Below, one piece after another: positions 13,711-27,402 of a DNA stretch of 64,000 bases. The notes beneath the pieces were generated by a model. It did not search any database. It saw only the letters and a program-made list of their open reading frames with translations, and was not told the origin of the DNA. The position numbers were made by a program, and so were the translations under genes. This DNA is from the human T2T-CHM13v2.0 reference genome, Homo sapiens, in the NCBI RefSeq assembly GCF_009914755.1, contig NC_060944.1; one strand, 5' to 3'. Each line of letters opens with the position of its first letter. Within the stretch, counting starts at the first letter, position 1.

Positions 13711-14079
13711 ATTATAATAAGAGGATGGCAATGGGGAGCCTCTGAAGAATGCTGAGGAAGGAATTGGCGAGGTCAGCATTATGCTTTTGTTTAAGTGTAA
13801 ATAGAAGAGAGCTGAAATTAGACCATATGTGGATTTCAGATATTTTTGGAACATTTATCTTTTATTTCTTATTAAACTTTGCTTATAAACAATGTAAGCT
13901 TTTGTGATATCAAAGTCCTCCTCTTAAGGTGTTTTGTTAATTTGCTTTTGAAGAGTCCACTAATCATCTTGTGAGAGAAAATAAAAGACGTGGCCTGATT
14001 GGCAAAAAGATTGGATAGAGGTTCAACCCAGAATTGGGGTCTAAGGCTAGGGGAGAATCCGATTAGGGAATCATACTTG

Positions 14080-14280
14080 GAGGTCTATGGTAAAATAGGT
14101 TGTGGGAAATATGGGTTAGACAAAGTTAAATAGACTTCTTTATTGTGGGGCTTCTAGATCCTTAAAGACATTAATGTATGTTAAGGTGCATAGGATGTCA
14201 TCAACTTGTTTCACAACTAAGGAACCTTTGTTCCAAAAGTAGTCATTACAGTCTGGCTAAGGACTAGTATTCCAAGGAAT
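14080..14280. mobile_element. hAT-Charlie fragment (MER103-like)
   Basis: GGGAAATATGGGTTAGACAAAGTTAAATAGACTTCTTTATTG motif. Confidence 0.55.
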
Positions 14281-14281
14281 A

Positions 14282-14815
14282 TGTATCCGTTTCCTTTTGC
14301 CACAATAATGCTGCATAATAAGCAACCACAAAACTGCAGTGGAATAGAATAACATATATGTATTTAGCCTGTAAGTTTCGGGGGGTTCAGCTGCTCAATG
14401 CTTGACTGATTTCAGCTGATCTCATTCATGTGTCTGTGCTCAGCTATGGGTTGGGCAGGCAGCGCTGGGTTAGTTCATATGTCTAGGGGCTCAGCTAGCT
14501 GTTAGCTGACCTAGGGTGGCATAGCTAACATCTATGCTAGATCAGGGTGACTCATCCCTGCTAAATATGTGTCTCATCCTAAGATACTAGACCTAGCATA
14601 TACTCCTGGCTATGGCAGAGGAGCAAGAATGAGAACAAACTCAGTTGTGCAAGCACTTTTCAAGCCTTTCTTTGCATCATGTGTGCTAATATTTCCATTG
14701 GCCAAAGGAAGTCACACAGCCAATTCTAGAGTGAGAATGGCACCACAAAGTTACGTAGCCGAGACTGTGGTTACAGGGAGGGAGAATTGTGCTCTTTTTG
14801 CAGTCAGACTATCCT
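14282..14815 (-). mobile_element. MLT1-family LTR (I/J-like)
   Basis: TTGCCACAATAATGCTGCATAA...CCATTGGCCAAAGGAAGTCACA. Confidence 0.7.
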
Positions 14816-15944
14816 AGATCCCAACTTAGAAATTGCAGGATGAGATTACAGTCAATTGAGCAAGGAATGAGGTCAGACTTTTCTCCATGCCATGGCCACA
14901 GGACTGTACTTTTGATACTGATAAGCAGCCTCACAAATAGATGTCTGAGCCATGTCAAGGAAGAGAGAGTTCATCTGGGTCTGCACAGGTCTTTATTGTT
15001 TTTCTATGGAATTATTTCATTGAAGGCTGAAAGGATTGTGGACATCATCTAGTTCTAGTTGCATCGTGTTGGCAGTCGTGAAGGAGACAGTCCCAGAGAG
15101 GTTAATTGGGCTCCTTCAATCCAAACAGCTATCTAGAAGCAAATCTGGGCCTTGAACCCAGATTCTCAAGCCAATTGAGTTTTAATTACCTCAAAGAAGC
15201 TTTGTTGTGGGGTGGAAGGGACTGAAATGTATTTGCAATCTTTATATAGGAACAAATCACATTCCTCCTGGAGGAAATGAAATATAAATGATTTTTGAAA
15301 TAGGAAGAATAGAGAGTAGTCATGCCTTGTTAGATGTCTCACAAAGGGCAAAGGGTAAGGATAGTTAAGCATTGAGTGATTACTGAAATACTGTGGCTGG
15401 AGATCCTTGGTAATAGAGTTTCGTTTTCAGATTTTTTTTTCTCCTGTCTCTTCCCTCGCCCCAAGAATTTCTCCTGCATCAGGGAAGTCAACAGAGGACT
15501 TCTGAGCGGAGAGTAAGAATTTGTGTTCTAGCTCCTTCTTTATCAAACAGAAGATACAATTGTGAAGGCAGACCCAGCCTTCTAGAATAGCTGGCACATT
15601 AACACCTAACTTACCTGACATTGGTAGGGAACAATCTGTGCTACATAAGTAAAATTTTGATAATGAAATCCTAACCATTTAGCACTGTCAAAGTAGCTGT
15701 TTTCGTGATGGAAATATTTCTGGTCCAACAGATGTGTTTCCCTGATTTAATAAACAGAATAATTGAAACTTCCAGCCTCATCCTTTTAGACATCAGTTAT
15801 TGAACTGTGCAGTAATATAGAAACATGCCTTGTAAAGAGCCATGTAAGTGTAAGGTGTTGTTATTGTTTGCTTGGGTTTCTGGAGTATGTGGGCCACTTG
15901 GCTTTAGACAGATCTGCTTTCTAAATTCTTGTATTCCTTGTTTG

Positions 15945-16390
15945 TTTTCAGAGGGTTCCCTTGCCCTCTGGCCTCCAGGTAGGTGTAGCCAACAGGAAGC
16001 ACTGGTGGAAAACTGGAGGGCCAGAAGAGAGAGAGGTCAGGGTGCCTTTCTCTGCCTCTCTGCTTTCTTTGGTATCTCTAGGAACACATGTGTCTCTTCC
16101 ATGTGTCTCTTCCAATCAGCTCTCACCAGACTCCCCTTTTCTCCACAGCAGCCTGATCTCCACGGCTGTTGCCCTGGTCTCTGTCAGTTGGCTCTAGCCT
16201 CTAGGCTCTGATAACGTCACATCCTTCCATTATCCCACCTGTTAGGGAAGATAGCAGCTCTCCTCAGTTGTTAGTCTCTGGGCTGCCTCACTGTCCCTCT
16301 GTGGTCTGTCAGTCATTCTCACATCTGTAACAAGTCACCTGATTTGAAAGACCTAGAGTAGTTTCTGTGTTCTGGTTGACTTTGACTAAT
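15945..16390 (+). mobile_element. ERVL LTR (LTR33-like)
   Basis: CCCTTGCCCTCTGGCCTCCAGGTAGG...TTGACTAATA; resembles 3757-4215. Confidence 0.55.
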
Positions 16391-16529
16391 AACGATTTAT
16401 TGAATTTGCCTTCTCTTGCAACCCTTACTTCCCTCCTGATTTGCTTCTTGCAACGTACTGTGCAGGTGACATCCACGTTATGCAGTTTATTTCATTGGAC
16501 ATAACAATGGAAACTCTTTTAAGCAATAG

Positions 16530-17175
16530 AGCACAGTGGTTTTGAGCCTGCGCTCTGGTGTTAGAATGTTTGCATCGTAGTCCTGGCTATGCTACTCATT
16601 GGCTATGTGACTCTGGGCAAGTTTCTTAACCTGAGACTGACTTTTTAATCTAAAAAAATGAAAGTAATTTCAGTACCTAAGTTGTCTCAATATGAGTTTC
16701 CTGGGAAACAAACTCCCAACTGGAGGTTGGTGTGCAGAGGTTTGTTTATTCTCAAATACTCTTCAGATTAACATCTGTGGAGGGGAAAGGACGGATTCAG
16801 GACTGGGCAGAGGGAGAAGTTGAACTGCAGTGCAATCTTAACAAGAGCCTTAGTTAACCCTCTGAAGCAGGTTGGGCGCTTATTCACTGATGTTGACCAT
16901 TGGAGGCAGTTGACCGTGAATGGAACAGCTTCCTCCAGCTGAGGGAATTTTCCAGAGAGGACTGACAGTTGAGGGCATTCTGCCTGCATCACTCATAGTA
17001 GCAAGGAATCAATTCTTCAGTCCTGAAGCAGTGTCTGGGCGTCACATCACAGTGTCCATGACCTATATCCAGGTGTGTAATGTGAAAGATAAATACAGTG
17101 ATTAAACCATAAGAAATGCCTTGCTAGGTGCGTACCACTTGGTGAATGCTCAACACTATTAGTTAACATTATTGA
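16530..17175 (+). mobile_element. MIR split by an old ERVL (LTR16-like) LTR at ~16683-17060
   Basis: MIR 5' half (GTGACTCTGGGCAAGTTTCTTAACCT) ends ~16680; MIR 3' half resumes ~17062. Confidence 0.6.
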
Positions 17176-17479
17176 TGAATTAAATACAGAAGTTTCAGTT
17201 AGTGGACTTTATGATGTCTAGTGTAGCTATTCTGAGAGTTTTGACTGATTTCTTCTCCATAACCCAGTCCTAAAGAGTTGAGGAAAAGCAGAGTAAGTGG
17301 TCTGGGATAAATAGGGTTCCATGATTTGTATACATATACTGTCATGCACATTTGTACTTTCCTATGACTTTTAATGTGGTGTCTTTAAATATGGCTTACC
17401 CATAGGTTCTTGTATCTTTATTCCTTAAGGTATTCAAGGTATTTAGCATCAAATTTGGTACAAATCAATGCAGCTTCCA

Positions 17480-17695
17480 TTTTTTGAATACTTACTATGT
17501 AGCCATGGTGCTAAACATGCATCGTCTCGTCAGTTCTCAGGATGACTCTAAGGTGCTGAGATTCCTAGTTTAGGAGGAGGCCTGAGGTCAGTGAAGTTAA
17601 GTGACCTGCCCCAGGTCACCCAGCCAAGAAGTGGCAGAGAAGTTCTCCTGCCAGGGCTGCCAGATTCACTGCGAGCCTAGGCTTTTCACTACACA
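17480..17695 (-). mobile_element. MIR
   Basis: GTTAAGTGACCTGCCCCAGGTCACCCAGCCAAGAAGTGGCAGAG. Confidence 0.75.
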
Positions 17696-17965
17696 TTTGG
17701 ACGATTTAAGCAGCAGTAGGGGAAACCTTCTCCTCCGAAAATAACTCTAGCAAAGTGTAGGTGTTGTTTTGGTAGAAACATTTCAGCTGTTGCCATAAAA
17801 ATCTTCCCCCAAATGGCTTTGTGAGAGCAAAGCTGTGCAGGCTCTGCTTGTGTTTATGATGGGAGCCTTATGGCTCAGCCACAACACAAATGATTTGTTT
17901 TTCTGGCCTTGTTGGCAAAGTGATTTAATTTCTGGGTTTCCCTGAGGAAACAATCTAAACAAATA

Positions 17966-18275
17966 GAGTAGGCCCTCCATATCTGCCAGTTCTGCATCCA
18001 TGGATTCAACTAAGCTCGGATAGAAAATATTCAAAAAATTTAACAATACAACAATAAAAATAGTATAAATAAAAACAGCATAACAAATATTTATGTAGCA
18101 TTTACATTGTATTGGGTATTATAAGTACTCCAGTGATGGTTTCAAGTATATGGGAGAACGTGCATAGGTTATATACAAATATTATGCCATTTTATATAAG
18201 GGACTTGAGCATCTGTGAGTTTTGGTACCTGTGGGGGATCCTGGAACCATTCCCTTACAGATACTGAGGGATGGC
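17966..18275 (-). mobile_element. MER2 (TcMar-Tigger) element
   Basis: GGCCCTCCATATCTG...CCATTTTATATAAGGGACTTGAGCATC...GATACTGAGGGATGGC. Confidence 0.85.
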
Positions 18276-20558
18276 TGATATGGTTTGGCTATGTCCCCAT
18301 CCAAATCTCAACTAAATTTTATCACCCAGAATTCCCACATGTTGTGGGAGGGACCCAGGGGGAGGTAATTAAATCATGGGGGTTGGTCTTTGCTGTGTTA
18401 TTCTCATGATAGTGAATAAGTCTCATGAAATCTGATGGGTTTATCAGGGGTTTCCACTTTTGCTTCTTCCTCATTTTCTCTTGCTGCTGCCATGTTAGAA
18501 GTGCCTTTCAGCCTCCCGCCATGATTCTGAGGCCTCCCCAGCCATGTGGAACTGTAAGTCCAATTAAACCTTTTTTTCTTCCCGGTCTTGGATATGTCTT
18601 TATCAGCAGTGTGAAAACAAACTAATACAGTAAATTGGTACCAGTAGAGTGGGGCGTTGCTGAAAAGATACCCGAAAATATGGAAGTGACTTTGGAACTG
18701 GGTAACAGGCAGAGATTGGAACAGTTTGAAGGGCTCAGAAGAAGATAGGAAAATGTGGGAAAGTTTGGAACTTCCTAGAGACTTGTTGAATGGCTTTGCC
18801 CAAAATGCTGATAGTGATATAGACAATAAAATCCAGGCTGAGGTGATCTCAGTTGGAGATGAGGAACTTGTTGGGAACTGGAGCAAAGGTGACTCTTATT
18901 ATGTTTTGGCAAAGAGAATGGCAGCATTTTGCCCCTGCCTTAGAGATCTGTGGAACTTTAAACTTGAGAGAGATAATATACGGTATCTGGTGGAAGAAAT
19001 TTCCAAGCAGCTCAGCATTCAAGAGGTGACTTGGATGCTGTTAAAGGCTTTCAGTTTTATAAGGGAAGCAGAGCATAAAAGTTTGGAAAATTTGCAAACT
19101 GACTGTGACAGAAAAGAAAAACCCATTTTCTGGGGAGAAATTCAAGCTGGCTACAGAAATTTGCATAAGTAGCAAGGAGCCTAATGTTAATCCCCAAGAC
19201 CATGGAGAAAATGTCTCCAGGCCATATCAGAGACCTTCACAGCAGCCCTTCCCATCACAGACCCAGAGGTCTAGGAGGAAAAAATGATTTCATGGGCTGG
19301 GCCCAGTGTCCCTGTGTGGTGTACAGCCTAGGGACATAGTGCCTTGTGTCCAAGCTGCTCCAGCCATGGCTGAAAGGGGCTAACATAGAGCTTGGGCTGT
19401 GGCTTCAAAGTGTAGAAGCCCTAAGCCTTGGCAGCTTCCATGTTGTGTTGAGCCTGTGGGTGCACAGAAGTCAAGCACTGAGGTTTGGGAAACTTCACCT
19501 AGATTTCAGAAGATGTACGGAAATGCCTGTATGCCCAGGCAAAAGTTTGCTGCAGGGGCGGGGAACTTCATGGAGAACTTCTGCTAGGGCATCGTGGAAG
19601 GGAATGGGGTCAGAGTCCTCACACAGATACCCTACTGGGGCACTGCCTAGTGGAGTTGTGGGAAGAAGGCCACTATCCTCCAGACCCCAAAATGGTAGAC
19701 CTACTGACAGCTTGCACCATGTGCCTGGAAAAGCTGCAAACAAACACTCAACGCCAGCCCATGAAAGCATCTGGGAGGGAGGCTGTACCCTGCAAAGCCG
19801 TAGGGGTGGAGCTGCCCAAGACCATGGGAACATATCTCTTGTATCAATGTGACCTGGGTGTGAGACCTGGAGTCAAAGGAGATCATTTTGGAGCTTTAAC
19901 ATTTGACAGCTCTGCTGGATTTCAGACTTGTATCAGCCCTGTAACCCCTTCGTTTTGGCCAATGCCTCCTATTTGGAACAGCTGTATTTACCCAATACTT
20001 GTACCCTCACTATCTAGGAAGTAACTAGCTTGCTTTTGATTTTACAGGCTCATAGGCAGAAGTGACTTGCCTTATCTCAGATGAGACTTTGAACTGTGGA
20101 CTTTGGGTTGATGCTGAAATGAGTTAAGACTTTGGGGGGCTGTTGGGAAGGCATGATTGGGTTTGAAATGTAAGGACATGTGATTTGGAGGGGCCAAGGG
20201 TGGAATGATTTTGTTTGCCTGTGTCCCCATCCAAAACTCAACTTGAATTGTGTCTCCCAGAATTCCCATGTCTTGTGGGAGTGTCCCAGGGGGAGGTAAT
20301 TAAATCATGGGGGTTGGTCTTTGCCGTGTTATTCTCTTGATAGTGAATACATCTTGAGATCTGATGGGTTTATCAGGGGTTCCCACTCTTGCTTCTTCCT
20401 CATTTTCTCTTGCTTCTGCCATGTAAGAAGTGCCTTTCAACCTCCCGCCATGATTCTGAGGCCTCCCTAACCATGTGGAACTGTAAGTCCAATTAAACCT
20501 TTTTTTCTTCCCGGTCTCGGATATGTCTTTATCATCAGCATGAAAACAAACTAATACA
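18276..20558 (+). mobile_element. Full-length THE1A MaLR element (5' LTR 18276-18629, internal 18630-20205, 3' LTR 20206-20558)
   Basis: Two ~354-bp direct LTRs ending CTAATACA; ~1.58-kb THE1 internal region; perfect TSD ATGGC at 18271-18275 and 20559-20563. Confidence 0.95.
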
Positions 20559-21099
20559 ATGGCTTTAAATTTATTTGTAATTGGATGTTTAAAGAGGAGC
20601 CACAAGGGAAAGTCAAAGTGGGTGGCCCAGGTACGTTTTCATTCAGTGAGTGATACGATAAGGGGAGGAATAAGGTGCATAGGTGAATTCACTCAGTGTT
20701 CTTTCTTCCTAGTATTTGGCTCTCCATTCTTCATCAGGAAATGCTTATTATAATCAACCAAAATTTTGCAAACAAGGTGGGCATTTAGGTATGTAGGTGT
20801 TCAGCATTATTTTTGGAGAACAGAGCAAATCCGGTCATTATTTCTTTTTATTGAAATAAAAGTAATGACTCCTTTTCTGTAGGAAAAAGTAATTTTTCAA
20901 AATAGGCTACATGGTACTGATGAGAAGTTAGGAAGCTGCATGATATTCCAGTCAGATCAGGATCCCAGACTCCCATCTTTCTGGTCCACTATCTTGATCT
21001 TTCCATTTTCCATTGGTCACTTGGGCAAAGTTCGGTTTAGGCCATCAGGTCCACAGTGCACATGTGCAGCGAGGAGGGATTAGAGAGAAGAAAGGAATC

Positions 21100-21330
21100 C
21101 TTTTAGTTGAGGCATCTCCTGCCATTTTTGTCATCTTACTCTTAAGTTCCATATAACACTTTAAAAAAATTTTTCTTGACCAATATTTGGTCACATGGTC
21201 ACATCTCAGTGCAGGAGAGCCTGGGAAATGTAGTCTTGTTTTGGGCAACTGCCTGAATAAAATTGGGGCTCTCTTACTGATGATGGAGAGGAGAATGACT
21301 ATTGAGTTATAACTGGCAATTTCTGCTACA
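21100..21330 (-). mobile_element. MLT1-family LTR fragment
   Basis: GGTCACATGGTCACATCT...CTGGGAAATGTAGTCTT...TCTGCTACA. Confidence 0.6.
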
Positions 21331-21645
21331 TTTGGGATTGGAATACTAATGCCACAACCAAAAGTTTTGAAATGATGGAGTTAACATTAAAAGGTGAATT
21401 TTGTTGGTGTGTGTTTCTCTAATAATGCTCAGTCGTCTGTGGCTGGTGTGCATAATGAACATACACAGCTCCTAAATCTGCTTCACTCTGGCCCCCTTTC
21501 CTGGGGGAAACAGTGTTTGGAGAAGCACACTTTATGTCATTCAACAGATATTGATCAGCTACCATATACCATGCACTGTACCAGATCTTAGCAGAGTCTA
21601 GGAGCTACAACATTTTCCACATTTATTTGACCACCTCTCCCACAA

Positions 21646-21898
21646 CCCTCTCCCTCCCTCCCTCCTTTCCTTTCCCTCCCTCCTTTCCTTTCCCTCCCTC
21701 CTTTCCTTTCCCTCTTTCCTTTCCTTTCTTTTCCTTTCCTTTCCTTTCCCTCCCTTCTTTCCTTCCTTTTTCCCTCCCTCTCTCCCTCCCTTCCTTCCTT
21801 CTTTCCTTCCCTCCTTCCCTCCTTCCCTCCTTCCTTCCTTCCTTCCTTCCTTCCTTCCTTCCTTCCTTCCTTCCTTCCTTCCTTCCTTCCTTCCTTCT
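21646..21898 (+). repeat. Polypyrimidine (TCCC/TTCC)n tract, ~250 bp
   Basis: Pyrimidine-only run sitting where the poly(A) tail of the adjacent antisense L1 would be. Confidence 0.95.
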
Positions 21899-22327
21899 GC
21901 TTTTGGGGTACAAGTGGTTTTTGGTTACATGGATGAATTATGTAGTGGTGAATTCTGAGATTTTAGTGCACCTATCACACAAGCAGTGTACATTGTACTT
22001 AATAGGTAGTTTTTTGCCCCTGGCCCCCCTCCCACCCTTCCCCTTCTGAGTCTGTAAAGTCCATTATATCACTCTCTATGCCTTTGCTTACTTATAGCTT
22101 AGCTCCCTCTTATAAGTGAGAACATGTGGTTTTTGATTTTCCACTCCTGTGTTACTTGATTTAGAATAATGTCTCCAGCGCCATCCAAGTTGCTGCAAAA
22201 GACATTATTTTGTTCCTTTTAATGGCTGAATAGTATTCCATGGTGTATATGTACCACATTTTCTTTATCCATTCATTAGTTGATGGGCACTTAGGTTGGT
22301 TCCACATCTTTGCAATTGTGAATTGTG
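21899..22327 (-). mobile_element. 5'-truncated L1PB 3' end
   Basis: TTTTGGGGTACAAGTGGTTTTTGGTTACATGGATGAA...GGCTGAATAGTATTCCATGGTGTATAT. Confidence 0.85.
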
Positions 22328-23229
22328 AAGACTCAATTCTTTGTTGAAAAGAGCTGCAAAGTCACTTTACAAAGGGTGTGGAAAGCTGAAGAACTTGAGA
22401 TTCAGGGCCTTTTTAGCTGTCAATCTACTGCAGTGTCCCAGGGAGGAAAAGCTTAATTTGTATGGATGCTTGATTCTTTCTGTACCTTTTCTTTCTCTGT
22501 TTCCACAAACTCACCCAGTTAAAATTTCTGTTCATTGAACACGATGGCAGCTAGGTTGATGGGATTAAATCAGTTGTCTTTACCTGCCTCAGTGTGTTGG
22601 GATCCTCAAAGCTCAGTGAAACCACCAGCTGGTGAATAAGACTTCTGAGTGGGTGGGTTTCCTGATCTCACTTGATGTTTTTTGGGACAATAGTGATGCC
22701 CCATTTCCTTTGTGCTCTGTAGCTAAACTCCCAGGGAGTAAGACATGTGGCATAAACATAACCTCATAGACTATACCTACATCGTGCCCACTTTAGCTCT
22801 TTCTCACTTTTTTTTGTGTGTGCCTCCAGAACACACAAGACAAGTAAATACAGTATGGACAATAAGTTACGAGTGAGGAGAGAGTGTTTTGAGACAGCCA
22901 ATAGCAAACATCGTGGAGAACTTCTCTTTATAGGTCAATATCCGTTGTCTTAGTCTGTTAAATTCTTCCAGTCATAGACTGTGCAATGTATGCATAAGCT
23001 ATCAACACTTAAAAAATTATGATGGTCACTAAGAAGACCTTTTTTCTGTACACTTTCAGTGCTTCTTCAGTCATCTGCCATGGGTACTTCTGTTCTTCAT
23101 CTCCAGATTGTTTCTGGAAGTCCTGTGGGCAGCTCTTTAACACTGGAAACATGCAGTCTCCTCATCCATAAAATGGGCAATACCTCTCTCAATGTATTCG
23201 AGAAGTCACGTACAGGTCACATATGACCA

Positions 23230-23430
23230 TTACTCATAATATGTAACACTGACATGGCACTAACTATGTGCTAGGTACAGTTCTCAACAGGCTTATGAGG
23301 TAAGTGTTATTACAGTCCCATTCTGAGATGATGGAATTGAGGCACAGAAAGGTTAAGTAACATGCCAGTGTTGCACAGACCTGAGGTTTGCACCCAGGTA
23401 GCCTAGCACTGCAGACCTGTTTCATATTCA
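23230..23430 (-). mobile_element. MIR
   Basis: GAGGCACAGAAAGGTTAAGTAAC core. Confidence 0.7.
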
Positions 23431-23749
23431 TGCTGAAGGACTAACTGCCTCTGTAGGTGTGAGTACTGTACATGGAAAAGTTAGAGAAGTAAAGGTCTAA
23501 TTTTGACAGAATTGAGAGGGGAGGGGGCATTGACTTAGGTTTTAGAAATTAACTTAGACTCTTAGTACATAGGTTGCTGTGGCAATTTACATAGCTATTT
23601 CTTTCAGGTACATTTGACATTCAAAAGCAATCAGATCGTATTATCTGTTCTTTGAGGGATTACTGGGCTCTGTGAATCTTGAAGGTTACATTTGCAATCA
23701 GCATTAATTTTATTGTTAACCATTTTCCTTCATGTTGGTTACAGGGTTG

Positions 23750-23849
23750 CCTCCCTCCCTCCCTCCCTCCCTCCCTCCCTCCCTCCCTCCCTCCCTCCCT
23801 CCCTCCCTCCCTTCCTTCCTTCCTTCCTTCCTTCCTTCTTTCCCTCTTT
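23750..23849 (+). repeat. Compound (CCCT)n(CCTT)n microsatellite
   Basis: Read directly. Confidence 0.95.
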
Positions 23850-24749
23850 GGGCTTTAGTGGAGCTTATAACTAGTTGAACTAGATGGATCAACTCAAGTT
23901 GATTATTCAGGAGGCCTTATTATCCCCCAGAGAGCAGACACGGAGCTTGGCTGGACCTCACGGATCACTAGTCCATGTCACTGCACAATGTTCTTCCTCT
24001 GTTCTTCGCTATTTTAGTCCAAAATGCCTGCTAAATGGAGTGGAGTGAAGAAGGCACACAATGTTAATATGAAGTAACTTCCCCAGTGCATTTTCTGATT
24101 CATCAAGATGCTCACATTAAGCTACATGAACAAATGGAGGAATTCCCCTGGAAGCCAAGGACAGAGAAAAATCATATGAAAAAAAAAAAAAGATAAATAA
24201 GAGATACCAACTTGCCTTTTATATTCAAGCAGATTTTCAAAAAGTCTCATTGCATGGAAAGTGGCTATAATTTAAACAAAAAGTCATTTACTGTGCTAAC
24301 ATTCATGAAGATAGCAATTCTTGGGATGCTGCATGAATTGGGCAGAATGTTAAAATGCTAAAGGAACCTTGTGTCTGGTTTAAATACATTTTGGTTGGTG
24401 TCATATAGGTAAGGAATGGCAGCCTCATTTTTAACTCTTAGTAATTAAAAATTGGAACCTTTAAGTAGGGAGAGAAGGAAACTATAGTGTGGAATTCAAG
24501 ATAGTGCACTTGATTTTCTCATTCCTGGGGAGTCACATGGGTTTATGAGACTCCTCAATTGTTTGACATTTCATTTAAAAAATAAAACAACAAAATGAGC
24601 TTTCCCTTTCATCTATACAAGAGTCCATGAAGAAGCCTCCTTCTCTTATGTTGTAATTCACAGACCAAAGAGTTGAGTTTGAGTATATAATTACTCATCT
24701 AGATATATTTACAAAATACTAGTAATTTTACTGGTAGTAGCTCATTTAT

Positions 24750-24901
<152 letters not shown>

Positions 24902-24904
24902 CTA

Positions 24905-25120
24905 ATTTATGTTGAATTCTTCCTATATGTCAGCTAGCCTTTCGGCCCTTTACCTGTTCCACCATTTATCTTCACGATAACCCTTTGAAGTAGGTACTAT
25001 CCTTGTCTCCATTTTACAGATGAGGGAACCAAGGCACAAGGATTCTAAGTAATTTGCCCAAAGTCACACGGCAAGGAAGTTTCAAAGCTAGGATTCAAAC
25101 CCAGGCTATTATAATCACTA
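24905..25120 (-). mobile_element. MIR
   Basis: CCATTTTACAGATGAGGGAACCAAGGCAC...TTGCCCAAAGTCACAC. Confidence 0.8.
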
Positions 25121-25139
25121 CACTACAAGTATTTTCAAA

Positions 25140-25920
<781 letters not shown>

Positions 25921-27294
25921 TCTAAAATACAAAGATGTTGTACTGTTTTTAGAATTATCTTAGGGAAAGTGAAGCAGAAAGATGTTTAAATGAATTCAGG
26001 CCTGTATTATTAAGCCAATCCAAGTAAAGCTATTATCTGAATGATTAGCCCTAAAGTCCCTTACCACTTTATCTGGTCTCTAGAAGGCCAGTTTAGGTTG
26101 CTTTGTGGGAAGATGTATGGGTGATTTTTATCCAAGTTATTATCTAAGAAGGTGTGGTTACTCCTGAATTTTAAATCAGACTACTTAGAAAATGGCCTTA
26201 AATTGATCCTTTTTTTATCCTTGACAGATACTTATTGGTTGAAACATCAGAGAGCTTTAAGCTTTCTCAAGTACATGTTGGAGACCATTGGGACTAGTGT
26301 CCCTTTGTTACCAAGAGGACAGTGTATGATATGCATGATTAACATAGGATTATTATATATTGATTATAGTGCAAAAAGTAAAAGGTGTCTTTTCATCTTT
26401 GAGTTTAAAATAAAGAGATTTAGCATGTTTTTGTGTGATAAGAGGGATCTTCTTAATTCCCAAGACCTCTTTAAAAGCAATTCATGAACATACTTAAGAC
26501 TCATCAGTTGAACAATAAGTTAATCTGCATCTGAAGGTTTTGCTGATTATCTGATCATATAATTTCCCTGTATTCTGATTATGTTTTTCTGATGCCTTTT
26601 ACAGTATATGAATTCTTAATCAAGATGATTCCGTTAGCAGTAGCTCCTCTATACACAGTGAGCCCAGGAGGGCAGAGAGCTTGGCTTGATGAAAGTTTTT
26701 ACAGACATAAAGATGGTGAATGAAACTGGCTTCATCTTGCTCAGTATCTATTTTGAAATATTATATTTAAATATTAAACACTAATATTAAATATTATGGT
26801 TCCAAAGTCATAGCAAGATATTAACTGTGGCTTGCATGGATGGTGAAATTATTACAATGGTCTTTTACCGTTCAGTGTGCTCGTGAACTTCAGAAGGCTT
26901 CTGATAGATTTTAGGCCTGTTTAGTTGCCCATAGTTAGGGAGAAGAGGTGGCCATACTACAGGAAGACAAGCTGAACGTCCCTCCACACTAAAGCTGCCA
27001 CAGGACCTGTGTCGCCAAGGAGCTGCTGCTCAGTTCTAGCCAGGACAGCAGGGTGAGCTGGATCCAACTCCGTTTGGTGGCATAATAGAGAGCACCTTTA
27101 TGTGCAGGTTTCATCTGTTGAGTAGAGAATTGTGGCTGGGAGTGTGGGGGGTGGGTCTCTAACATTTGCTGTGGCTTATTTAGATGTAGCCCTTAATTGT
27201 CCTGCCCTGCCCTGGGCTAGGTTTTGGAAACCAGAGCTCGTTAGAAGTGTGTCCTGGCTTGGGGAAAAGATGAAAGAAGTCCAGGATAGTTAGG

Positions 27295-27402
27295 TCCTCA
27301 AGGAAGTGGACCATGTCTGTTTATTCATCCGTATATACCTGGCACCTGACACAGCGCCGGGAGCATGGTGGGCACTCAGTAGATACGTGTTGAGTAAATG
27401 AA
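27295..27402 (+). mobile_element. L2 3' tail
   Basis: GCACCTGACACAGCGCC...GCACTCAGTAGATACGTGTTGAGTAAATGAA. Confidence 0.7.

Noticed and set aside
18404-20605. Cluster of 100-170 aa ORFs
   Set aside because: All lie within THE1A LTR/internal sequence and are broken remnants or antisense frames
21623-22049. (KEGR)n and (PSFL)n ORFs
   Set aside because: Translations of the (TTCC)n tract
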